This document shows positions 10,150 through 17,500 of a DNA stretch of 64,000 bases, in pieces. Source of the stretch: Spirochaetia bacterium (GTDB lineage Bacteria; Spirochaetota; Spirochaetia; JAFGXN01); the NCBI GenBank assembly GCA_034120015.1, contig JAXEIF010000007.1:78988-142987 (forward strand), read 5' to 3'. Below the pieces are notes generated by a model. That model ran no database searches and was not told the DNA's origin. It worked only from the letters and a program-made list of their open reading frames with translations. Each line of letters opens with the position of its first letter. The stretch's first letter is position 1. Made by a program: the position numbers and the translations under genes.

Positions 10150-12764
10150 GCCTTTTTCCCTTTTTCATCGGACGGTTTGAGCCGTCGCTTGACTTCGACC
10201 ATTTCGTACGCTTCGATTAAGTCGCCGACCTGAATGTCCTGGCAGTTTTCGATGCCGAGACCGCAGTCGAATCCCTCTTTCATCTCTTTGACATCGTCTT
10301 TAAAATGTTTGAGAGATGCGATTTTGCCGGAATAAATCTCGACGTTGTCACGGAACAGACGAACACGACCGTTTCTCTTCACCAATCCGGAAGTCACGTG
10401 ACAGCCGGCAATGATACCGATTTTCGGAACACGAAAAGTTTCACGAACTTCGAGCGTACCCAAAACTTTCTCTTCGTATTCGGGACTCAGCATACCTTCG
10501 AGAGCCAGTTCGATATCTTCCACAACATCGTAAATGATGCTGTATTTGCGGATTTCGACTTTTTTCTCTTCGGCAATGGCCGCCGCTTTCGGAATCGGAC
10601 GGACGTGGAAACCGATGATAATCGCGTTGGAAGCCATCGCCAGGTTGACGTCGTTTTCGACAATCGCCCCGACTCCGGTATGAATAACGTGAAGGCGGAT
10701 TTCGTCGTTGCTCAGTTTTTCCAAAGCGGCCTGAATGGCTTCAACCGATCCCTGAACATCTCCCTTGATGATGACTTTCAGTTCGGGGAGATTTCCCTCT
10801 TTGTATGTACTGTAAAGATTATCGAGAGTAATCTTCTTAAGATTTTTCGACTCGATGGCCTTTTCCAGTTCCTGACGTTTCTGGGCGATGTTCTTGGCCT
10901 CTTTTTCGCTTTCGGTCACGGTAAAGGGAACCCCCGCATCGGGAATGCCGTCGAATCCGATAATTTCGACCGGTGTCGCCGGAGTTGCTTCTTTGATTTT
11001 TTTACCCGTATCGTTAAACATGGCCCGGACTTTTCCGGAGTAAACGCCCGCTACAAACGGATCTCCTGTGTGAAGAACCCCCTGTTGGATAATAACAGTC
11101 GAAATAATACCGCGGCCGTTGTCGACACGGGTTTCCAGAACAGTTCCTTCGGCACGACAGTCACGTCCGGCCTTCAATTCGAGCACTTCAGAAAGAAGAA
11201 GAATATTTTCAAGCAGGTTGTCGATTCCGGTTTTCTTCAATGCGGAAATTTCGCAAAAGATCGTATCTCCGCCCCAATCTTCAGGAACCAGTCCGTGCTC
11301 GGAAAGCTGCTGCTTGACCCGATCGGGATTGGCATCGGCCAAATCCATTTTGTTCACCGCCACAATAATAGGAACGCCCGCATCTTTGGCATGGTTAATC
11401 GCTTCAATTGTCTGCGGCATGACACCGTCGTTGGCGGCAACCACCAAAACAACGATATCGGTAATCTGAGCACCGCGGGCACGCATCAGCGTGAAAGCTT
11501 CATGGCCCGGCGTATCGAGAAAAACGATTTCCTGATTGCCCTGCACCGTCACTTTGTAAGCACCGATGTGCTGCGTAATACCACCCGACTCGGTTTCGAT
11601 TTTGTTCGATTCGCGAATGACGTCCAACAGACGCGTTTTTCCGTGGTCGACATGTCCCATAACGGTCACAATCGGAGGACGTTTTTCCATTTCCGATTCG
11701 TCGATAACCTGCGACTCTATAACCGTTTCGTCATACAAAGAAACGACATTGACCTTACAGCCGAATTCATCGGCCAAAATCGAAGCCGTATCCGCATCCA
11801 GCTGATCGTTGATGGTACACATCATGCCCATCGACATCAGTTTAGCAATCAGATCGGATGCTTTCAGATTCATTTTTTTTGCCAGTTCGGAAACCGTAAT
11901 GGCATCCAAAATATTAATTTCTTTCGGCACCGAATTGGTTTTCGCACTTTCCTTTTTGGCTTTCAGACTGAAAAGGATTTCTTCCTGTTCGCGTCTTTCT
12001 TCTTCTTTATTTTTTCCCTTCGTGTAAAATTTCTTAACCTTTTTTTGCGGCAGTGCGGCCGGTCCGGCGCCTCCCGAAGAACGGGGACCGAAAGAATTCC
12101 CTCCGAAGGTTTTTCCGTTGTTTCCGGACCGGTTCGCGGCACCGGAAGAAAATCCGGGACGCCCGCCTGCGGGACGATCTCCGAAACGGCCGTTTCCGGC
12201 AGCCCCGCCGGTACGGTTAAATCCGCTCTGACCGCCGAATCGTCCGCCGTTTTCACCCGAACGAAAATACCCGGGACGATCCTGACCGTTACTGCCGAAA
12301 CGGGAACCGGAATCGAAACGGCCCGATCCGCGGTTGGTGAAACCGGAACGTCCGTCACCGTTCCGATCGCGGTTACCTCCGTTACGGGAAGGCCCGAAAC
12401 CGAAATAGTCGGGATTGGTTTTGGGACGCACGAATGTACCGGTACCGGCAGAAGTATCTGTCGGTTTACGGGTAACAGTCGCAGTTTTGACAACGGGAGT
12501 CGCTTCTTTCGGAGTTTCGACAGCCGGAGCAGCATCGGGTGCACCCGGTGCGGACGATGTCTCCGCGGACACGGCAGCCGCGACTGCGGACGCTTCGGAA
12601 GCCGCCGCCGTTTCCGCCGTTTCGGTCACGGAACCGGACTCTTTTTTTGCCGAAACCTTCACCTTAACGATCTTTTTTTTGACGACGACCGAAGCCACTG
12701 CCGGCTTTTCTTCATTCGAGACACTTTTAACCAGTAACGTTTTCTTTTTGCTTTCTTCTTCCAT
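10146..12764 (-). CDS. infB: Translation initiation factor IF-2
   Basis: GTPase motifs are [16 protein letters not shown] and NKMD. The C-terminal IF2 domains are present, and the N-terminus is long and low-complexity. Confidence 0.97.
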   Translation of the reverse strand: MEEESKKKTLLVKSVSNEEKPAVASVVVKKKIVKVKVSAKKESGSVTETAETAAASEASAVAAAVSAETSSAPGAPDAAPAVETPKEATPVVKTATVTRKPTDTSAGTGTFVRPKTNPDYFGFGPSRNGGNRDRNGDGRSGFTNRGSGRFDSGSRFGSNGQDRPGYFRSGENGGRFGGQSGFNRTGGAAGNGRFGDRPAGGRPGFSSGAANRSGNNGKTFGGNSFGPRSSGGAGPAALPQKKVKKFYTKGKNKEEERREQEEILFSLKAKKESAKTNSVPKEINILDAITVSELAKKMNLKASDLIAKLMSMGMMCTINDQLDADTASILADEFGCKVNVVSLYDETVIESQVIDESEMEKRPPIVTVMGHVDHGKTRLLDVIRESNKIETESGGITQHIGAYKVTVQGNQEIVFLDTPGHEAFTLMRARGAQITDIVVLVVAANDGVMPQTIEAINHAKDAGVPIIVAVNKMDLADANPDRVKQQLSEHGLVPEDWGGDTIFCEISALKKTGIDNLLENILLLSEVLELKAGRDCRAEGTVLETRVDNGRGIISTVIIQQGVLHTGDPFVAGVYSGKVRAMFNDTGKKIKEATPATPVEIIGFDGIPDAGVPFTVTESEKEAKNIAQKRQELEKAIESKNLKKITLDNLYSTYKEGNLPELKVIIKGDVQGSVEAIQAALEKLSNDEIRLHVIHTGVGAIVENDVNLAMASNAIIIGFHVRPIPKAAAIAEEKKVEIRKYSIIYDVVEDIELALEGMLSPEYEEKVLGTLEVRETFRVPKIGIIAGCHVTSGLVKRNGRVRLFRDNVEIYSGKIASLKHFKDDVKEMKEGFDCGLGIENCQDIQVGDLIEAYEMVEVKRRLKPSDEKGKKA

Positions 12765-12776
12765 ACAGATCTCTGA

Positions 12777-14258
12777 TTATTCTTCCTCTTCTTCGTATTC
12801 GAAACTCAATCCGACACCGCAATTCGGACAGGATGTCATGTCTGCGGTAATTTCGTGTCCGCATTCGGGACACTCGTAAACTTCGACTTCTTCGACAACT
12901 TCACTCTCATCTGCCGACTGCGTATTCTCTGCGTCTCCGATCGGGGCAACTGCCTCTTCGTTTTCGACAATATCGACCGATTCGGAAAGAATACGGTCAA
13001 TCATCTCCCAATCGGCACCGGACAGTTCCGTAATTTCGGCCTTTGCCTCACTGCCGAGATTGAGCAGTTCCTCGATTTTTTCGATTCCGTGTGCCGCCAG
13101 AATATCGGCAATGCGGGCCGGAATTTCGGAGAGTTCTCTGATATTCTGAATTTCATCAGCCTGATTAAAAAGACTTTCGACGGCCTGTCTGAGTTCGGGC
13201 GAACGTTCCATTTCGGCAAACTGTTCTTCCGTTTTCACATCAATATTCCAATCGACCAGCCGGTTTGCCAACCGGACGTTTTGCCCCTGCTTTCCGATTG
13301 CAAGAGAAAGCTGCGATTCTTTAACAATTGCCAGAGCGGTTTTGGACTGATCATCCAAAATATAAACAGCTTCGGGCGAAGCGGGAGAAAGCGCATTGGC
13401 AATATATTTCTTCGGATCGGAATCATAGCGGACCACATCAATCCGTTCTCCCTCAAGCTCACTGATAATTCCCTGAATTCTGACGCCTTTCAGTCCGACG
13501 CAGGAACCGACAGGGTCAATGTCGCTGCGACGGGAGTAAACAGCCATTTTGGTTCGAAATCCGGCATCGCGAACAATGTTTTTGATTTCGATACTGCCGT
13601 CTGTCAGTTCCGGAATTTCGTTCTCGAAAAGTCTCTGAACAAATTCCGAATGAGTCCGCGAAAGCGTAATCGAAACATGCGGACCGTTTTTGGATACTTC
13701 GTAAACATAACATTTTAAACGATCGTTCAGTTTGTAAGTTTCCCGGGGTGACTGAAATTTTTTGGGAAGAACTCCCTCAACACGTCCCAAATCGACAAAA
13801 ATATTTCCGTTTTTCTCACGCTGATAATAACCGATAATCAGCTGTCCTTCTTTCTGCTTAAATTCGGAATAAAGTGAGTCTTTCTGAATATCACGAATCA
13901 GCTGCTTCATTTTCTGCTGTGCGGCCTGAACGGCTGAATAATCGAAATCTTTCAGGGGATCGACCTCGATGAAAAGCGTATCACCGATTTCGCTTTCCGG
14001 TTCCAGCTTCTTGGCATCATCCAATTCGATTTCTTTTACTTCCTCGTAAACATCTTCGACGACTTCTTTACGGGAATAGAGCGTCGGCACCCACCCGTCC
14101 GGCTCTTCGTTAAAACGAACCTCGGCATTATCGATTGTACCGTAATTCTTTTTATAAGCTGTCAGCAGAACCTCTTCGGTGACCTTTTTAATCAAATCTT
14201 CCGAAATTCCCATTTCTTTCGCCAAATCGCGAAGAACTTCTCCGAACTTTTGAGACAT
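12777..14258 (-). CDS. nusA: Transcription termination/antitermination factor NusA, with a C-terminal zinc-ribbon and acidic tail
   Basis: The protein has an N-terminal domain, an S1 domain and two KH domains (GSCVGLKGVRIQGI, AIGKQGQNVRLANRL), then a helix-hairpin-helix-like region. It ends in YECPECGHEITADMTSCPNCG...EYEEEEE. Confidence 0.95.
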   Translation of the reverse strand: MSQKFGEVLRDLAKEMGISEDLIKKVTEEVLLTAYKKNYGTIDNAEVRFNEEPDGWVPTLYSRKEVVEDVYEEVKEIELDDAKKLEPESEIGDTLFIEVDPLKDFDYSAVQAAQQKMKQLIRDIQKDSLYSEFKQKEGQLIIGYYQREKNGNIFVDLGRVEGVLPKKFQSPRETYKLNDRLKCYVYEVSKNGPHVSITLSRTHSEFVQRLFENEIPELTDGSIEIKNIVRDAGFRTKMAVYSRRSDIDPVGSCVGLKGVRIQGIISELEGERIDVVRYDSDPKKYIANALSPASPEAVYILDDQSKTALAIVKESQLSLAIGKQGQNVRLANRLVDWNIDVKTEEQFAEMERSPELRQAVESLFNQADEIQNIRELSEIPARIADILAAHGIEKIEELLNLGSEAKAEITELSGADWEMIDRILSESVDIVENEEAVAPIGDAENTQSADESEVVEEVEVYECPECGHEITADMTSCPNCGVGLSFEYEEEEE

Positions 14259-14267
14259 TTCTTACTC

Positions 14268-14696
14268 CTATCCGTTTAGTTTCGCCTTTATAATATTATC
14301 GACGGGAACCGCTCTCTCTTCTCCGGTTTCCGTTTGAAAAACCGCGGTACGGTTATCGGAACGTACAATTATTCCCGAAAGGTAATCGGCCGCTCCTTTT
14401 TCCAGCCAACGGACCCGACGCCCCGCAAATAATGACAATTCGTCTTCATATTTCAGCGTCCGGTCCAGTCCCGGGGAGGAAATTTCCAATCCGATATTTT
14501 TTTTATACAGCGTCTGCAATTTCAGGAACAACGTCTGATGCAGCAATGCACAGTCCTCTGTCGAAATACCGCCCGGTCTGTCTATGACAATCGAAAAATC
14601 GACAACGTTCCCGTTTTTTCGCATAGAAGCTTCGATTAAATGCAAATGAAGTGCTTCACATACCGGCTGAATAACGGAATCGATTTCCCGATTCAT
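14268..14696 (-). CDS. rimP: Ribosome maturation factor RimP
   Basis: The product matches RimP in length and pattern (IQPVCEALHLHLIEASMRK...VIDRPGGISTEDCALL). I prefer the start at the MNREID ATG (14696), because the first ATG of the ORF (14729) sits inside the U-tract of the glyA terminator. The start is uncertain. Confidence 0.85.
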   Translation of the reverse strand: MNREIDSVIQPVCEALHLHLIEASMRKNGNVVDFSIVIDRPGGISTEDCALLHQTLFLKLQTLYKKNIGLEISSPGLDRTLKYEDELSLFAGRRVRWLEKGAADYLSGIIVRSDNRTAVFQTETGEERAVPVDNIIKAKLNG

Positions 14697-14726
14697 CACT
14701 CTTTTTTCCAAAATTACCTCACGATA

Positions 14727-14761
14727 CAAAAAAAGAAGTCGAAAAAAACGACTTCTTTTTT
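14727..14761 (-). terminator. Intrinsic terminator after glyA, immediately upstream of rimP
   Basis: The stem is GAAGTCG (14735-14741) paired with CGACTTC (14749-14755), with a 7-nt loop. It is flanked by an A-run and a T-run, so it reads as hairpin plus U-tract on either strand. It lies 42 nt downstream of the glyA stop. Confidence 0.7.
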
Positions 14762-14802
14762 CAAAGATCCTGTTATTTTTTTACCACAAATCGGGAAAAC
14801 AG

Positions 14803-16311
14803 TCAACAGCAAAAACGTTTTTTTAATGCATCGACATCCAATTCGGGGTAAACCGGGAAACGGTCCAGCAACGCCTTTACACGTTTACGGGCCTCGGCAA
14901 CAACTTCAGGTGCTACCGTATATTTGGATTTGCTCAATGTTCCGGCTTTCTCACCCGAAGTGATTTCGGCCGGTTTTGTTCGGGAAAGCACAAAATCAAA
15001 AATGGAAGCAATTTCCTTCATTTCCGGCTCTCCCATCCCCAATGTGGTAACGGCTGCGGTACCGATGCGCAGACCGCTCGTATACCAGGGACCGTTCGGG
15101 TCAAACGGCAATGCATTGCGGTTTAAAGTAATTCCGCATTCACGCACCACGCTTTCCGCCTGACGGCCGTTCAATCCGTAACCGGTCACATCAATCAGGA
15201 AAAGGTGATTATCGGTTCCGCCTGTTGCCACTTTCATACCCAAATCGATACAGGCTTTTGCCATAGAGCGGCAGTTCCCGACGATATTCGCCGCATACTG
15301 TTTATAGGCAGCGCCGTTCGCTTCCGTAAATGCAATGGCTTTTGCAGCCATCACATGAGGTAACGGACCGCCGATAACAAGCGGACAGCCTTTATCGACC
15401 GATTCGGCAAACTCTTTTTTACACAAAATCAAACCGCCGCGGGGACCGCGTAATGTCTTATGCGTTGTTGTTGTCACCACATCCGCATAAGTAACCGGAT
15501 TATATTCTCCGGTCAGAACACCTCCCGCAACAAGACCCGCAAAGTGAGCCATATCAACCATGAAAACAGCTCCCGCTTTTTCGGCAATTTCTTTCATACG
15601 TTTGAAATTAATCAGACGGGGATAAGCCGAATATCCGGCCAAAAGAATCAGCGGTTTGATTTCCATCGCCTGTTTTTCGATAGCATCGTAATCGAGCAGT
15701 CCGGTTTCTTTATCAACCGTATAAGAATACGATTCGAACATCTGAGCCGAAACATTGGACCGGTATCCGTGCGTCAAATGTCCTCCGGAATAATAATCCA
15801 ACCCCATAAGGCGCTGATTGCCGCATTTTTCACGTATTTTATTAAAATCAGCCTGTGTCAGTTTGGAAGGATTCATTTCGCCGAATTCTTCCAGCATCGG
15901 CATTTGAATTTTTTCGTTTAGAATAGCCCAATATGCACAAAGGTTGGCATCCGCACCGCTGTGAGGCTGAACATAGGCATGCTCGGCTCCGAAAAGCTTA
16001 CAGGCCTGCTCTGCGGCATAAGCTTCGATATCGTCAACGTTATCGCATCCCGCATAAAATCGGTGATACGGAATTCCCTCGGAATATTTATCGGTCAGAA
16101 GATTTCCCATCGCCAGTTGGGTTGAAAGCGACGAAAAATTCTCGCTGGCAATCAGTTTCAGATAGGATCTTTGCGATTCCAGTTCTTTTACGATTGACGA
16201 AGCTACATTGGGAGCCACTTCGGCCACCTTTTCCAAAGATGCCCAGTAAGCAATCATTCCTTCGGATACATTTTCGGCACCTTTTTCTTTAATGTAATCC
16301 AAAACCGACAT
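14803..16311 (-). CDS. glyA: Serine hydroxymethyltransferase (long, about 500-aa form)
   Basis: The PLP-lysine region TTTTHKTLRGPRGG is present, along with LIASENF and GHLTHG. I set the start at MSVLDY (16311), which is preceded by AGGAGG. The 20 upstream codons in the ORF track contain a terminator hairpin. Confidence 0.93.
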   Translation of the reverse strand: MSVLDYIKEKGAENVSEGMIAYWASLEKVAEVAPNVASSIVKELESQRSYLKLIASENFSSLSTQLAMGNLLTDKYSEGIPYHRFYAGCDNVDDIEAYAAEQACKLFGAEHAYVQPHSGADANLCAYWAILNEKIQMPMLEEFGEMNPSKLTQADFNKIREKCGNQRLMGLDYYSGGHLTHGYRSNVSAQMFESYSYTVDKETGLLDYDAIEKQAMEIKPLILLAGYSAYPRLINFKRMKEIAEKAGAVFMVDMAHFAGLVAGGVLTGEYNPVTYADVVTTTTHKTLRGPRGGLILCKKEFAESVDKGCPLVIGGPLPHVMAAKAIAFTEANGAAYKQYAANIVGNCRSMAKACIDLGMKVATGGTDNHLFLIDVTGYGLNGRQAESVVRECGITLNRNALPFDPNGPWYTSGLRIGTAAVTTLGMGEPEMKEIASIFDFVLSRTKPAEITSGEKAGTLSKSKYTVAPEVVAEARKRVKALLDRFPVYPELDVDALKKRFCC

Positions 16312-16328
16312 ATTCACTCTCCTCCTGC

Positions 16329-16359
16329 AAAAAAAGAAAAGAAGAGGCCGGAGCCTCTT
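16329..16359 (-). terminator. Terminator-like hairpin plus U-tract directly 5' of the glyA ribosome-binding site
   Basis: On the minus strand, AAGAGGC-TCCG-GCCTCTT is followed by CTTTTCTTTTTTT. The U-tract ends 2 nt before the glyA AGGAGG (16326-16321), 17 nt from the ATG at 16311. Confidence 0.6.
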
Positions 16360-16478
16360 GATTATCAGCACCCGTTACCGGGAGAACATAGGAGGATATA
16401 AAAATAATTTTTCATAAGCACCTCCGTATACTATGCTTTAACATAAAAAAAGGTTGATGACAAGAGCTTACAGGGAAT

Positions 16479-17204
16479 TTAACAAAAATCTTTTTTACCT
16501 TCGTCGGAAATCGAATCCAAAGCTTTTTTGTCGAATACATATCCGGCTTTATAAATATTCGTAATAAAAGGATATGAGTCGTATTGAGCCAGCTTAAGTC
16601 TGATTCTTTTTATATGCACTCCGACTGTCGAAATATCTCCGAAAACTTCCCCCCACACCTGTGAATATATGTACTTGGAACTGAGCTGTTTGCCTGCATT
16701 TTTCAGAAGCACCTGCAAAACATCGAATTCTTTGTCTGCCATCCGAATTTTCTGCTGATGATATTCCAAATAACGGCCCTTTTCATGAAAGACAAAACCG
16801 TGAAAAAAAATCTGTCCTTCTTCGATATCACTCCGGTAATGCGAAATACGCCTGAAAAGAGCTTTTATCCATTCAAGAAAAAGTGACGGCGAAATTTTCC
16901 AAGGCAAAAGTGTATCGGCTCCCGCCCGCAATGCTTCTGCCGCCCCGTTTTCGTCCAAATCGGAAATCAGCAGCGCAATCTGTACTGTCGATATTTTTCT
17001 GATTGTTGCCACAAACTGGGCAGTATTGACCGTATCCGCTTCATTTTGAAGCAAAATCAATGACGGAGGATCATTTCTGACAGAATTCAATACGTCTCCC
17101 GGATTGGAAAAGCAGCGAACCGAAAATCCGGCTCCCCATAAACATTTAAACAGCTGCTGCCTATTTTCCGAATCGGGGGCAACAAACAGAACAGAATTAT
17201 GCAT
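16479..17204 (-). CDS. OmpR/PhoB-family DNA-binding regulator with an atypical (Asp-less) receiver domain
   Basis: The C-terminal winged helix is clear (ADKEFDVLQVLLKNAGKQLSSKYIYSQVWG...VGVHIKRIRLKL...KAGYVFD). The N-terminal receiver fold has Gln at the end of beta-3 (SLILLQ) where the phospho-acceptor Asp should be. Confidence 0.8.
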   Translation of the reverse strand: MHNSVLFVAPDSENRQQLFKCLWGAGFSVRCFSNPGDVLNSVRNDPPSLILLQNEADTVNTAQFVATIRKISTVQIALLISDLDENGAAEALRAGADTLLPWKISPSLFLEWIKALFRRISHYRSDIEEGQIFFHGFVFHEKGRYLEYHQQKIRMADKEFDVLQVLLKNAGKQLSSKYIYSQVWGEVFGDISTVGVHIKRIRLKLAQYDSYPFITNIYKAGYVFDKKALDSISDEGKKDFC

Positions 17205-17212
17205 AGCCGCTC

Positions 17213-17500
17213 CTACAAAATCATTTCCGCATCGGAGACAAACATTTTTAATCCTTCCCCGGGAAAATTGGATTTCAGAATGCGAAAAGAATCACGCAAA
17301 GATGCCAGGCGGTCATCTTCGCAGTAAATGACAAGAATGAAATTTTCCTGCGGCCAGACGGCATCCCCCCATTTCTCCCCTTCCGTTCCGACACCGTGAA
17401 CATTTTCGATTTTGGTGTATGCGGTAATCTGCAGATCTGAAAAAATGTCTTCAAAATCTTCGTAAATCGAATTATTGCAGATAATTTCAATTCGCTTCAT
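17213..17500 (-). CDS. Small P-II-like (GlnB-fold) protein
   Basis: The 95-aa product has a beta-alpha-beta-beta-alpha-beta pattern: MKRIEIICNN, a helix, AYTKIENVHGVG, FILVIYCEDD, a helix, then LKMFVSDAEMI. This resembles P-II/DUF3240-type proteins. The start overlaps the RND stop by 14 nt. The family call is tentative. Confidence 0.5.
   Translation of the reverse strand: MKRIEIICNNSIYEDFEDIFSDLQITAYTKIENVHGVGTEGEKWGDAVWPQENFILVIYCEDDRLASLRDSFRILKSNFPGEGLKMFVSDAEMIL

Noticed and set aside
10305-12737. 810-aa plus-strand ORF, and the nested ORFs 11119..11469, 11566..11805, 11809..12027 and 11963..12544
   Set aside because: They are antisense or out of frame relative to infB, whose GTPase motifs are clear. 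They exist because of the GC-rich, stop-poor RGG-coding region.
16365-16415. Annotating the 16-codon mini-ORF as a gene
   Set aside because: It has a good RBS, but I can assess neither conservation nor coding signal by eye. I report it only as part of the glyA leader finding.
16312-16478. Known riboswitch classes upstream of glyA (ZTP/pfl, THF, glycine, T-box)
   Set aside because: I could not find the conserved cores, for example the CCGCCUGGGC-type 3' element of ZTP or a T-box sequence, and the leader is too short for a T-box. It is kept as an unclassified structured leader.
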